From an uncultured Enterobacteriaceae bacterium (GTDB lineage Bacteria > Myxococcota_A > UBA9042), in contig CAYHHL010000009.1 in the NCBI GenBank assembly GCA_964356325.1, positions 1 to 62,769 of the forward strand: a stretch of DNA of 62,769 nt, in the 5' to 3' direction. Below are positions 1-9,813 of this stretch, in pieces. The position numbers were made by a program, and so were the translations under genes. Position 1 is the first letter of the stretch; the number at the start of each line of letters is the position of its first letter. Below the pieces are notes generated by a model that ran no database searches, was not told the DNA's origin, and saw nothing but the letters and a program-made list of their open reading frames with translations.

Positions 1-285
1 GTACGTGAAAGTGATGGTATTGGTCTTGCCGATGAACACGGTCTTGGTCGTGCGCAACTCGCTCTGGTGCTTGCTGACGTAGGCCATGCCGATTTCGCGT
101 TCCATGCGACCCAAGGCGACCCGCGCGGTGTGGTAGTAGTCCTGCATCTGCTTGGTGTCGCGAATCGCACCAAGAATCGAGGACATGGCCGTGCTGATGA
201 TGACGCCGAGCATGGCCAGCAGCGAAACTGCGATCATGAGCTCGACCATGGTAAAACCCGTGGATCCACGGCGTTCCTTCCTCAT
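1..285 (-). CDS. gspJ: T2SS minor pseudopilin GspJ-like (3' truncated by window edge)
   Basis: Manual translation from ATG 285: MRKERRGSTG|FTMVELMIAVSLLAMLGVII (class III signal), then RVALGRMEREIGMAY. The ATG overlaps the gspI stop (TGATG). Not in the ORF track because it runs off the window. The J assignment rests on gene order. Confidence 0.8.
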   Translation of the reverse strand, partial: MRKERRGSTGFTMVELMIAVSLLAMLGVIISTAMSSILGAIRDTKQMQDYYHTARVALGRMEREIGMAYVSKHQSELRTTKTVFIGKTNTITFTY

Positions 286-1145
286 CACCCACCGCCGGGA
301 GGCTGAGGCATCGCCCCCTGGATCGCGCCTTCCACCTTCTCCATCTGCTTCATCTGCTGGATAGCCTGGGCTTCCTCCTCGCTCACCGCGGTCGTGAACG
401 TCTCGATGTCCAGCGCGCGCTTCTCGCCCTCCTCGTCCTTCCAGGTCAGGTGCAGCACGACCTTGCGCGTCCGGTCCGAGGCCCGTTTCAGGATGCGCGG
501 CAGCAGCTCCGCCACCATGATGCCCATCGACATCTGCAGCACCGAGATGTTGATGTCGCACAAGTTCAGCAGGTTCACACCTTGGTCGCCCGACATCAGG
601 ATGACGCCGAGCAGCGACATCATATCGCCGCCCTTGCTCAAGGCGCCGAGGTCCAGCCCCGCGTCCGTCGCGCCCTTGGCCGCGCCCGCCAGATCCTGCA
701 TCTTCTTGGCCGGATCGCCCGCCGCGCCGTCGCCCGAGTTCAGCTTGTCCAGCGCGCCGGTCTTGGCCAGGCCGTCTTGCGCGTCGGCCAGCACCTTTTG
801 CGCCTGGGTCGACATGTCGCCGATCGCCGCGTCGTCCAGGTTCAGGCCGATCAGGTCGTACTTGCACTTGAATTGCCGGGCGTAGGCCTTGGGCAACTCG
901 CAGTCCTTGCCGGTCACGTCGTTGGTCGGGAAGCCGTCCTTGCGGTACTTTTCCTCGACGTCGAGCATGGTTCCACGCAACAGCAGCGCCGCGACGGTCG
1001 ACCGGTAGATGCGTTTGGAGTACAGCGCCGACGACGACGTGCCCGCCGTGATGATGGTCAGCGCGAACGCCAGCACCGCCATCGCGATGAGCACTTCGAG
1101 CAGGGTAAAACCCCTTTGTTGCCGTCGGTTGCGCGCCACCAGCAC
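285..1145 (-). CDS. gspI: T2SS minor pseudopilin GspI-like, unusually long (286 aa)
   Basis: RG|FTLLEVLIAMAVLAF prepilin motif; GTG start with AAGGAG upstream; lies between gspH and gspJ. Confidence 0.75.
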   Translation of the reverse strand: MLVARNRRQQRGFTLLEVLIAMAVLAFALTIITAGTSSSALYSKRIYRSTVAALLLRGTMLDVEEKYRKDGFPTNDVTGKDCELPKAYARQFKCKYDLIGLNLDDAAIGDMSTQAQKVLADAQDGLAKTGALDKLNSGDGAAGDPAKKMQDLAGAAKGATDAGLDLGALSKGGDMMSLLGVILMSGDQGVNLLNLCDINISVLQMSMGIMVAELLPRILKRASDRTRKVVLHLTWKDEEGEKRALDIETFTTAVSEEEAQAIQQMKQMEKVEGAIQGAMPQPPGGG

Positions 1146-1148
1146 GAA

Positions 1149-1799
1149 TCAGCTCTCCTTGCCGAGCTTGTCGGCGTCGACCTTGTCCTTGTGTACTTTC
1201 GCGGTTCCTTCCAGCGCCTTGACCTCCACCGTCATCACGTCGTCGTCGTCGGCCTGCACGTAGATGAACGCGTTCTCGGTGGTACCATTGGGGAAGAAGT
1301 ACACGTAAGCCATGCCCTTTTCCGTTGGGTTCTGCTGGTGCGAGGTCATCACGGTGCCGAACTTCAGGCCCTTGTCCAGCGTGTACTTCGCTAGCAGGCG
1401 CGATTCGATCGGCGTGAACCCGGAAGTCTGGCTCTTGTCCGGCTCGGCCTGATTCTTGCCTTTTTTCAAAGGCTTCTTCTTGACCGCGTCGTCTTCCTCC
1501 TCGCCCTCGCCCGGCAGCAGGAAGGTCTCGCACGGATCCGAACTGGTCTGCGATTCCGCCCAGTAGGACTGCGTGTCCAGATCGATGACCAACCGGTGGT
1601 TCTTGCCCGAAAGCACTGACAGGTTGTAGAGATAGCGCACGGCGACCGCGAGCTTGCCCGACTCCGACTGCACCGAGGCGCCGCGGATGTTGCTGACTCC
1701 CGCCGCCACCGCGACCGTGACGATGCCGATGACCGCCACGACGACGACCAGCTCGATCAGGGTAAACCCGCGAGAACTACGTGGTTCAGTGCTTGTCAT
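1149..1799 (-). CDS. gspH: T2SS minor pseudopilin GspH-like
   Basis: RG|FTLIELVVVVAVIG motif; C-terminal VYFFPNGTTE typical of GspH/FimT; start revised to ATG 1799 (1808 also possible). Confidence 0.8.
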   Translation of the reverse strand: MTSTEPRSSRGFTLIELVVVVAVIGIVTVAVAAGVSNIRGASVQSESGKLAVAVRYLYNLSVLSGKNHRLVIDLDTQSYWAESQTSSDPCETFLLPGEGEEEDDAVKKKPLKKGKNQAEPDKSQTSGFTPIESRLLAKYTLDKGLKFGTVMTSHQQNPTEKGMAYVYFFPNGTTENAFIYVQADDDDVMTVEVKALEGTAKVHKDKVDADKLGKES

Positions 1800-2271
1800 T
1801 GCCGCCATAGCAGATGTCGTCGTCGCCGCCGTTCTTCTTGTCCGGACCGTTGGAGCACAGCGTGAACGCATCGCCCTGGGCGCTGTAGTTCAGGTCCTGC
1901 TTCCAGGGATCCTTGAGGTTGGCCTGCTTGAGCCGGGCGCGCTTGCCTTCAGTCAGGCTGGCCAGCGAGTCCGGGAACTCGCCCTGGCGCGCCTCGACCG
2001 CCTCGATCACGCCGCCGACCGTGGCGATTTGCGCCTTGGCCGCGTCGATCTTGGCATCGCCGAGCATGCCGAACACGCCGACCGCGAGCGCGCTGCCGAG
2101 CACGCCGATGATCACGATCACCACCATGATTTCAATCAAAGTCATGCCCAGCGAAGCGTGGGGCATGACTTTGATTGTAGTTGCCGCGCGGCGCCGCGCG
2201 ACTCCGTGATGCGCCTGGGTACAGGCTTCGAGTTGCTGCCAAAGATGCAGTTTCAAGACGTTCAGGTTCAT
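1786..2271 (-). CDS. gspG: T2SS major pseudopilin GspG
   Basis: G|MTLIEIMVVIVIIGVL, LKDPW and SNGPD motifs of GspG; AAGGAGG 9 nt upstream of ATG 2271. Confidence 0.85.
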   Translation of the reverse strand: MNLNVLKLHLWQQLEACTQAHHGVARRRAATTIKVMPHASLGMTLIEIMVVIVIIGVLGSALAVGVFGMLGDAKIDAAKAQIATVGGVIEAVEARQGEFPDSLASLTEGKRARLKQANLKDPWKQDLNYSAQGDAFTLCSNGPDKKNGGDDDICYGGNDKH

Positions 2272-2301
2272 CGGTAGCGCCCTCCTTCGGCGCGGAAACT
2301 C

Positions 2302-3561
2302 TCAGCCTCTCATGGACTTCGCAAGTTGCATCATCGGCAGCAGGATCGCCGCCACCAGGAAGCCGACCATCACGCCCATGCCGACGATCATGATCGGCTC
2401 CAGCAGCGAGGTCAGCGCATTCACCCGCGTATCCACCTGATTCTCATAGCTTTCACTCACGTTGCGCAGCATGTTCTCGAGTTCGCCCGAGCGCTCGCCG
2501 ATCGCCACCATGTGCACGACCATCGGCGGAAACTGCTGGCTGCGCTTCAACGGCCCGGCGATGCTGTCACCTTCCCGAATCGCCGCGCGGGCTTCGGCGA
2601 TCACCTTGGCGAGCACGCGATTGGCCACCACGTTCTCGACGATTTCCATCGCGGTCAGCAGCGGCACGCCCGAGGACAACAGCGTCGACAGGGTCCGAGA
2701 AAAGCGTGAGATCGCGATCTTGCGGATGAGGTCGCCCAGCACTGGCACCCGCAGCAGGAACGCGTCCCACGAGTCGGCGCCCTTGTCGGTGGCCAGCCAG
2801 CGCCGAAAGCCTACGGTTGCGCCGACCGCGAGCAGGATGCCCAACCACCAGAAGCTCGAGAACAGGCTCGAGATGAAGATCAAGGCCTTGGTGATCAACG
2901 GCATCTCGGTGCCAAGATCGGTGAACATCCCGGTAATCGTTGGCACCACGAAGATCATCATCGCCGAGACGATGAGGGTGGCGATGCACAACATGATGAC
3001 CGGATAGGTCATGGCGCCGATGATCTTGTTGCGCAGGCGCACTTGCGATTCGGTGAAGTCGGCCAACCGCAGCAGCACGACGTCCATGTTGCCCGAGCTC
3101 TCACCCGCGCGGACCATGTTGAAGTACGTGACGCCAAAGACTTTCGGGTGCGCGCCCAACGCCCGCCAGAACGGCGCGCCCTCGTTCACGTCGGTGCGCA
3201 CCTGGGCAAGGACGCGCTTGAGCTTGGGGTTTTCGATCTGCTCGACCGTGGCGCCCAGCGCATCGACCAACGGCACGCCGGCCTTGAGCAAGGTCGCCAT
3301 CTGCCTGGTCATTTCCGAGACGTCGTTGGGCGAGATGCGCGTGAGCAGTTCTTCGAGGTCGAAGTCGCGCGAGCCGGCCTTCTGCACCGCACCGGCGCGG
3401 ATCTTGGCCTTGCCGCCCTTGACCGAAGTCTCGTGGTACTCGGTGAGGAAAACCTTGTCGCGGCGCAACGCGGACTTGAGCGAACGCACGCTCTCGACAT
3501 CAAGGACTCCCTTGATGGTGCGGCCACTTGAATCCTTGCCTATGTATTCAAAGACCGGCAT
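2302..3561 (-). CDS. gspF: T2SS inner-membrane platform protein GspF
   Basis: Two T2SSF domains (RQMATLLKAGVPL, GESSGNMDVVL, MTYP, GERSGELENML, LLEP). Confidence 0.95.
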   Translation of the reverse strand: MPVFEYIGKDSSGRTIKGVLDVESVRSLKSALRRDKVFLTEYHETSVKGGKAKIRAGAVQKAGSRDFDLEELLTRISPNDVSEMTRQMATLLKAGVPLVDALGATVEQIENPKLKRVLAQVRTDVNEGAPFWRALGAHPKVFGVTYFNMVRAGESSGNMDVVLLRLADFTESQVRLRNKIIGAMTYPVIMLCIATLIVSAMMIFVVPTITGMFTDLGTEMPLITKALIFISSLFSSFWWLGILLAVGATVGFRRWLATDKGADSWDAFLLRVPVLGDLIRKIAISRFSRTLSTLLSSGVPLLTAMEIVENVVANRVLAKVIAEARAAIREGDSIAGPLKRSQQFPPMVVHMVAIGERSGELENMLRNVSESYENQVDTRVNALTSLLEPIMIVGMGVMVGFLVAAILLPMMQLAKSMRG

Positions 3562-3658
3562 GGAGGTTCCTGATGAGCACTGCTTCTAATTCTGGGCGTT
3601 CAATTCCAGTCGCTCGGCGACCCATTGTGATGCGTGATTGCGATGGCACTGCAGAGAC

Positions 3659-5467
3659 CTAATCTTCTTGGTCTTGATTGGCGATGCGCATCACCTCTTC
3701 CACGGTTGTAGAGCCGCGCAGCACCTTGTAGGCGCCGTCGTTCAGCAGCGTTTGCATGCCGCTCGCCACCGCCGCGCGCTTGATCGTCCCCGCGTCGTTC
3801 TTGGCCACGATCAGCCGCTTGATTTCCTCATTGGGAATGAGCAGTTCGTGTAGACCCATCCGACCTGCGTAGCCCGTCATGCCGCACTGCGGACAGCCCT
3901 TCGCCGAGTAGATGGTCGCCGTCGCCAGCCGCGGATCGGTGCGCGCGATGCCCAGTTGCTCCAGTTCCAGATCGGTCGGGATGTGCGGCTGCCGGCAGTC
4001 CCGGCACAGCACGCGACACAGCCGTTGCGCCAGGATGCCGATGATCGACGACGACAAAAGGAATGGTTCCACGCCCATGTCGACCATACGGGTATAGGTC
4101 GAGGCCGCGTCGTTGGTGTGCACCGTCGAAAGCACCAGGTGGCCGGTCAGCGCCGCTTGCACCGCGATTTCAGCGGTTTCCAGGTCGCGGATTTCACCCA
4201 CCAGCACCACGTCCGGATCCTGACGCAGCGTAGCGCGCAGACCGCGGGCAAAGGTGAAGTCGATCTTGGGGTTGACCTGCATCTGGCCGATGCCTTCCAA
4301 CTGGTATTCGACCGGATCCTCGATGGTCAAGATGTTGATATCCGGGTTGTTGATCGACATCAGCGCCGAGTACAGCGTGGTCGTCTTGCCTGAACCGGTC
4401 GGCCCCGTGCACAGCAAGATGCCGTTCGGACGGTGCACCAGCTGGTTGATCGCCTCCACGACGTCTTCGCGCATGCCCAGCGTCTTCAAATCCAGCGTAG
4501 TCGAGCCCTTGTCGAGCAGACGCATCACGATCCGCTCGCCGTGCGCAGTCGGGATCGTGCTCAAGCGCAAGTCGATGTCGCGGCCCGCCACCTTGATGCG
4601 GATGCGGCCGTCTTGGGGCAGGCGCTTCTCGGCGATGTTCAGGTTGCCCATGATCTTGACGCGGCTGGTGATGGAAGCCTGGAACTTCTTGGAGGTCCGC
4701 ACCACCTCGCGCAGCACGCCGTCCTTGCGGAAGCGCACCAGCACGTACTTCTCCATCGGCTCGATGTGCACGTCCGAGACGCGTTCCTTGGCCGCCTGGT
4801 TCAGCACCGAATTCACCAGCCGGATGATCGGCGCTTCGTCGTCCTCGTCGAGGATGTCCTTGGCCGCGTCCTCCAGTTCCATCGCGATGTCGGCGACGCC
4901 GGAGTCGGTTTTCTCCATGTCGTCGAGCACTTGATCGGCACGCGCGCGGCGGTCGAAAGCGAAGTTGATGGCGTGGTTCAGCACGTCGGGAGTCACCAAC
5001 ACCGGTTCGACCTGGACGCCGCCGAACAGCACGCGCAAGTCGTCCAGCGCCGAGGTCGCCATCGGATTGCTGGTCGCCACCGTCAACACGCCGTTCAGCT
5101 TGTGAATCGGCAGAAGTTCCGACTCCTTGGCCCAGCCCATCGCCAACGGCGCCACCAGCGACACGTCGATGTTCGCCTCGTCGATACTGTCCTGTACGGT
5201 CATGCCCAGCTGCGAACCGAGCGCCTGCATCAGCTGAAGTCGTGTGATCGCCAGGTGTTGGATGAGCAGCTCGCCGATCAGCCCGCCGCGCTCGCCCTGC
5301 ACCTTCAGCGCGCTCTCGACCGCCTCGACCGTGCACCAGCCGCGTCCGACCAGGATCTCACCCAGCGCGCGCGGATCGATCTGTGGCGCCACGGCCGGAC
5401 GCTGTGTCGGCGCCGGACTCTGCGGCGGCAGTGGAATCGACATCATCGTGGTGGCTTCGAGCGTCAC
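3659..5467 (-). CDS. gspE: T2SS ATPase GspE with N-terminal MshEN-like domain
   Basis: Walker A GPTGSGKT, TIEDPVEY, Walker B LVGEIRD, His box STVHTND, CRDC...CPQC zinc module; GTG start overlaps the gspD stop. Confidence 0.95.
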   Translation of the reverse strand: MTLEATTMMSIPLPPQSPAPTQRPAVAPQIDPRALGEILVGRGWCTVEAVESALKVQGERGGLIGELLIQHLAITRLQLMQALGSQLGMTVQDSIDEANIDVSLVAPLAMGWAKESELLPIHKLNGVLTVATSNPMATSALDDLRVLFGGVQVEPVLVTPDVLNHAINFAFDRRARADQVLDDMEKTDSGVADIAMELEDAAKDILDEDDEAPIIRLVNSVLNQAAKERVSDVHIEPMEKYVLVRFRKDGVLREVVRTSKKFQASITSRVKIMGNLNIAEKRLPQDGRIRIKVAGRDIDLRLSTIPTAHGERIVMRLLDKGSTTLDLKTLGMREDVVEAINQLVHRPNGILLCTGPTGSGKTTTLYSALMSINNPDINILTIEDPVEYQLEGIGQMQVNPKIDFTFARGLRATLRQDPDVVLVGEIRDLETAEIAVQAALTGHLVLSTVHTNDAASTYTRMVDMGVEPFLLSSSIIGILAQRLCRVLCRDCRQPHIPTDLELEQLGIARTDPRLATATIYSAKGCPQCGMTGYAGRMGLHELLIPNEEIKRLIVAKNDAGTIKRAAVASGMQTLLNDGAYKVLRGSTTVEEVMRIANQDQED

Positions 5468-8400
5468 GGCTTGGGCTCCGGCGTCTTCGGGGCGCTGTCT
5501 TCTTTCGCGGGCGCGCTGTCCGGGCCAGCCTTCTTGCCCTTGGCCTTGGGCGCAGTCTTGCCCTTGACTGGCACGGTCTTCGCCTTGGGCGCAGAGGTTG
5601 CCGCGGGCGCAGCGGATTCCCTGCCTGGCTTCTCGCCGTCCAAGCGATCGCTCGCGTCGTCGTCCTTGGCCTTGCCAGAAGCCTTGCCACCGCCTGGCTT
5701 TTCCGCTTCCGGCAGGTCGATCACTTCGGGCACGGTGCCGTCGTCGCTCTCGTCGTCCAGCCTGCCCTCGGCGTCCGGCTTGCCTTGGTTCTTCCTGTCC
5801 TGCGCATCCTTTTGTTTTTGCGCCTTGAACGGGTCGAAGTTCAGGTCGTGGCGCTCCGGCGGTCCGACCAGATCCACGTCCGCGTTGTCGAAGTACGCTT
5901 TTTCCTGAAGTTTGCGCTCCTCGGACGCCTTCTCGACCGTCTGGAACACCGCCTCGAGGAATCCGCGCTTCTTGCGGTAGTCGACCTTGCCCTCGTACTC
6001 CTTCTGCTTGGTCGCCAGCTCTTCGGCAAACTCGCGAATCTGCTGCATCTTGTTCTCGTGCATCCGCTCCAGATCGCTCGGGTCCTTGATGATGTGCGGC
6101 ACGATGATGAGCAGCAGGTTCTTCTTCTCGAGCAGCTTGGTGGTCTTGCGGAAGAACATGCCCAGCAGGGGCAGGTCGCCCAGGATCGGAATCTTGGAAA
6201 CGCCCGTGGTCTCGCGATCGGTAATCAAACCACCGATGACCACGGGCTGCTGATCGCGTACCACCACGGTGTTGGTGATCTTGCGCTTCGAAGTCGTCGG
6301 CCCCAGATCCGGGCTGATGCCTTCGACCTCGTCGAGTTGCTGGTCGATCTTGAGCTTGATGAAGTCCGACTCGTTGATCTGCGGCGTGATCTTGAGCGTC
6401 AGGTCGACCTCGAGGTGCTGCACCGTGCCGCCGAGCGCGCCGCCGAGCAGGCCGCCCAGCCCGCCGAGACCGCCCAACGACGACGCCGCGCCGCCCAAGC
6501 CGGAGAGGCCGCCGAGACCGCCCAAGGCACTGCCGCCCATGCTCTGGGAACGATAGGGGATCTTGCGTCCGACTGTGATCTCCGCGTCCTCGTTGTTGAG
6601 CGTGAGGATGTGCGGGGTGGACAACACGTTGACGTCGGAATTCTCCTGGATCGCCTGAATCAGGAAGCCGAACGCGGGGATGGACAGGGTGGCGCCGGCC
6701 GGGACAGCGCCTGTGTTGCCGGCGTCGACCTGCAGCAGGGGCCCCTGCAAGCCCGCCGCGAAGCCGCCCGCGTTGAGTTGCTGCAAGCTGACGCCGCCCA
6801 TGCCCAGACCGCCCAAGCCGATCAGGAAGGGCACATCCTTGTACTGGCCGATGTCGAACTTGACGCCCGTCGAGCCGGCGAGTTGGGTCTTGCGGTTCTT
6901 GGAGGTCGAGATCTCCATGATCACGGCTTCGACGTAGACTTGCTTGCGCCGCCGATCGAGCTCGGCGATGACCTTCTGCAAAGACAGGTAATCCTTGAGC
7001 GAAGACTCGATCACCAAGGCGTTGGTGGCCTTGTGCGCGGTGATCTTCACGTCGCCTTCGAACAGCGTGGCCGTCCCGCCGCCCTTGGCCCCACCGGCCT
7101 TGGCGCCGCCGGTCTTGCCCCTCGCCGCGCCGGCCTTGGCCCCGCCGCCGCCGCCCGCGAGCGAGGACAAGGTGCTGGCCACGTCCTCGGCGTCGGCGTT
7201 CTCCAAATGGTGGATGTGGATGGCGCCCTCGCCCGGAATCGGCACGTCGAGCTTGCGGATCAGCGCGTCGATCTTGAGGTAGTTGCTCCTCGTCGCGATG
7301 AGGATGAGCTGGTTGGAGCGGTCGTCAGCAATCGCCTTGGAAAGCGTGACCTTGTTGCCCGCCGGACCGCCGGCGGCTCCGGGAGGCGAACCGGGCGTGG
7401 TCGCTCCACCCTTGCCGCCCGCGCCTTCGAACACCGCGGTGATCTTCTCGACCAGTTCCGAGGCGTCCATGTGCTGCACCGGGCGGATCCAGATCTTCTC
7501 GGCGCCCAGCGGCAAGTCGACGTCGTTGAGCAACTTCATGATGCTGTGGATGTTGGTGCCGGTGTCGGTGACGATGAGCGAGTTGTTCGGCGGATACACG
7601 AAGATATCGCCGGCCTTGCTCTTGAACTTGGTGACCAGGGGCTCGACCTCCTTGGCGTCGAGGTTCTTCAACCGGATGATGCGCGTGACCATGTTGTCAT
7701 CGTTGGGCACCGCGCTCGTGGGCCCGACGACCGTGGCGCCCGAGGTGCGCGCGTCCGCCGTGTCGACGATGTGGTAGAATGCGCCCTTCTTGGTGACGGA
7801 CATGCCGTTGACCATCAGGCTCGACAGGAAGGCGCGGTAGGCCTCGTACACGCTGACCGGCTGCGGCGAAATGATGGTGATCTTGCCGCCGCGCTTCTGG
7901 GTCGCGAGGATGAAGTTGCGCGTGGTCCAACACGAAACGAGCTTCATCACCGCTTCGATCGGCGCGTCCTGGAAGTCCAGTGTCACCTTGGCGTTGGCCG
8001 GCAGCTTCTTGCACTTGATATCGCTGATGTTGTTCTTGATCGCGACGACGTCATCGCCCATCTTCTTGAGGTCGTCGTCACCGATCGCGCCCTTGGCCGC
8101 GCCTGCCTGATCGTCCTTGCCAGCGCGACCGCCACCGGCAGGCGTGGGCACCACCGGATCGCTCGGGCCCCCGTCCACGCCCAGCTTCTTGGACGTTTGC
8201 GCGGGATCGTAGTCCGGATCGAGGGACTGCTTGCCGCCGCCGCGCTTGAACACGCCGCTGCCGGTCGCCTTCAAGTCCTTGGTTTTGCCCTTCTTGTTCA
8301 GCGTGCCGGCGCCGGTCTTGACGGGAATGGTCTTGTCGCCCGGCGGGGCAGCGGCTTGCTGGGCATGCGCCATGCCTGGCAGCAGAAGCGCGCAGATCAG

Positions 8401-8499
8401 CACCAAAACGCCAGTCTTGTCGCAGGCACGCCGCAGGGACGGCGGCGGCTGGCTTGGCTTGCCCGGCTTGTCAGCCAGCGTGGGTCGGAACGGACGCAA
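5464..8499 (-). CDS. gspD: T2SS secretin GspD
   Basis: N0 (VTLDFQDAPI), repeated N domains, KQVYVEAVIMEI, NVLSTPHILTLNNEDAEITVG, LKITPQIN, KIPILGDLPLLGMFFR. Likely start is TTG 8499 after GGAGAG (ORF track starts at 8553). Confidence 0.95.
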   Translation of the reverse strand: MRPFRPTLADKPGKPSQPPPSLRRACDKTGVLVLICALLLPGMAHAQQAAAPPGDKTIPVKTGAGTLNKKGKTKDLKATGSGVFKRGGGKQSLDPDYDPAQTSKKLGVDGGPSDPVVPTPAGGGRAGKDDQAGAAKGAIGDDDLKKMGDDVVAIKNNISDIKCKKLPANAKVTLDFQDAPIEAVMKLVSCWTTRNFILATQKRGGKITIISPQPVSVYEAYRAFLSSLMVNGMSVTKKGAFYHIVDTADARTSGATVVGPTSAVPNDDNMVTRIIRLKNLDAKEVEPLVTKFKSKAGDIFVYPPNNSLIVTDTGTNIHSIMKLLNDVDLPLGAEKIWIRPVQHMDASELVEKITAVFEGAGGKGGATTPGSPPGAAGGPAGNKVTLSKAIADDRSNQLILIATRSNYLKIDALIRKLDVPIPGEGAIHIHHLENADAEDVASTLSSLAGGGGGAKAGAARGKTGGAKAGGAKGGGTATLFEGDVKITAHKATNALVIESSLKDYLSLQKVIAELDRRRKQVYVEAVIMEISTSKNRKTQLAGSTGVKFDIGQYKDVPFLIGLGGLGMGGVSLQQLNAGGFAAGLQGPLLQVDAGNTGAVPAGATLSIPAFGFLIQAIQENSDVNVLSTPHILTLNNEDAEITVGRKIPYRSQSMGGSALGGLGGLSGLGGAASSLGGLGGLGGLLGGALGGTVQHLEVDLTLKITPQINESDFIKLKIDQQLDEVEGISPDLGPTTSKRKITNTVVVRDQQPVVIGGLITDRETTGVSKIPILGDLPLLGMFFRKTTKLLEKKNLLLIIVPHIIKDPSDLERMHENKMQQIREFAEELATKQKEYEGKVDYRKKRGFLEAVFQTVEKASEERKLQEKAYFDNADVDLVGPPERHDLNFDPFKAQKQKDAQDRKNQGKPDAEGRLDDESDDGTVPEVIDLPEAEKPGGGKASGKAKDDDASDRLDGEKPGRESAAPAATSAPKAKTVPVKGKTAPKAKGKKAGPDSAPAKEDSAPKTPEPKP

Positions 8500-8572
8500 A
8501 GGGCACTCTCCGATGCGGACGTTGGTCCGCTGGTGGTGGCACGAAAAGCCCATCCCACCCAGATGGTTCGAT

Positions 8573-9598
8573 CTACTGGACCGTATACCGCAGCGTTTTC
8601 GCGACGCCGCCGCGCTCGATCAGCACGGTCAGGCGCGCCTTGTTCTTCAAGGCTTCGTACAGGGACAAGGCTTTGTTCGGACTGTCCAGGGGCTCACCGT
8701 TCACCGCGAGCAGGATGTCCCCGTTCGTGAAGCCGATTTCGCCAAACAGGCTGTCGCCCTGCATGCCGATCATGCGCACACCGGCGTACTTGCCGTTCTT
8801 GTAGTTCGGCACGATGCGGACCTGCTGGCCCAGCGCCGCCAGATCCTTCAGCTTGTCATTGATATGCTTGCGATCCAGCTGGTAGCTCGTGTCGGACAGC
8901 TTCTTCACGCCCTCGACCTGCGGCTCCGTGCTCTTCCTGGTATCGACAGCGGAACTGCGCTTGGGCTCAGGCGATCGGCCGGGCATCGGCTGGCCAGGCT
9001 GCCCGTCCATGCCTGGCTGCACCGGCACCCCCATGGCCGCGGAATCCTTGCCGAACAGCGGCGCGATCGTCAGCTTGTCGGCTTCCCTCAACACCACGTA
9101 ATTGCGCCGGATAGCCAGGATGGTCGCCTTGCCGTCGAGGATTTCCGTGCCGACGCCGACGACCTTCTGGTCCTTCTTGTCCATCTCCATGCTGGCCTGG
9201 GAAAACTCGGCGGGCATCACGACCATCGTGCCCAGCAGCTTGACCGGCAGCGTCGTCGGTTCGTAGGTCGGCTCCGGGGGCGCCAGTTCGGCTCCGCTGT
9301 CGACGACGTTTTCATCTGTATTCTCGAGAGGCTCTTCGACCTTGGGCGTTTCGATCAGGAAGATGCTGCGACCGGCGATGACTGCGCCTGCCTGCTCGTT
9401 CAAGCGACCGTTCAACAGCCGCAGGCCAATCGCGGTGTCCCCTGCCGTCGCGGCGATATTGGGCTTTTCGTCACCGCGACCCATCACGGCCAGGCGCATG
9501 CCGATGAAGGCATTGATCGACCCGGCCGAAAGCCACGCGATGACCGCGAGGCCGACCAGGGTGATGACCCAGAAATGACGCTTGAGCAGAACTTCCAT
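8573..9598 (-). CDS. gspC: T2SS protein GspC with C-terminal PDZ domain
   Basis: N-terminal TM helix, HR domain (KLLGTMV, IRRNYVVL), RIVPNYKNGKYAGVR and PDZ (GFTNGDILLAVNG); first gene of the operon. Confidence 0.9.
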   Translation of the reverse strand: MEVLLKRHFWVITLVGLAVIAWLSAGSINAFIGMRLAVMGRGDEKPNIAATAGDTAIGLRLLNGRLNEQAGAVIAGRSIFLIETPKVEEPLENTDENVVDSGAELAPPEPTYEPTTLPVKLLGTMVVMPAEFSQASMEMDKKDQKVVGVGTEILDGKATILAIRRNYVVLREADKLTIAPLFGKDSAAMGVPVQPGMDGQPGQPMPGRSPEPKRSSAVDTRKSTEPQVEGVKKLSDTSYQLDRKHINDKLKDLAALGQQVRIVPNYKNGKYAGVRMIGMQGDSLFGEIGFTNGDILLAVNGEPLDSPNKALSLYEALKNKARLTVLIERGGVAKTLRYTVQ

Positions 9599-9678
9599 GC
9601 TCGCCTGTTCTCGCACGTCAGCTAGGTTGCCGACTCGCCCTTGGTGGCCCTGGCTACACCAGCACTAGTCCGATTAGA

Positions 9679-9694
9679 AGCAAGGGTCGTGCCA
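9679..9694 (-). promoter_or_regulatory. sigma-54 promoter of the T2SS operon
   Basis: Minus strand reads TGGCACG-ACCC-TTGCT, an exact match to the -24/-12 consensus with GG-N10-GC spacing, about 80 nt upstream of gspC. Confidence 0.85.
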
Positions 9695-9796
9695 TCTGGC
9701 CCGCCAAGGAAACGCAGGGAATCGCGTCGGTTGCCCGTCGGCACGGCCTGTGGGTCGCGACGCCTTGGCATCTCCATGCCCCGCGCGGTCTGAACC

Positions 9797-9813
9797 GTGT
9801 GCCAAATTGGCAA
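9797..9813. promoter_or_regulatory. Palindromic candidate bEBP enhancer site (copy 1)
   Basis: GTGTGCCAAATTGGCAA, core TGCCAA-A-TTGGCA at 9800-9812; core starts 106 bp from the -24 T at 9694; near-identical copy at 13851-13867. Confidence 0.65.

Noticed and set aside
5383-8730. 1115-aa plus-strand ORF, and similar long ORFs at 4433-5908, 20944-23337, 23069-24829, 32012-35296, 48696-51098 and 53824-55785
   Set aside because: All lie opposite well-supported genes (gspD/E, stalk lipoproteins, gltD, triple DsbA, kinase) and have no motifs of their own.
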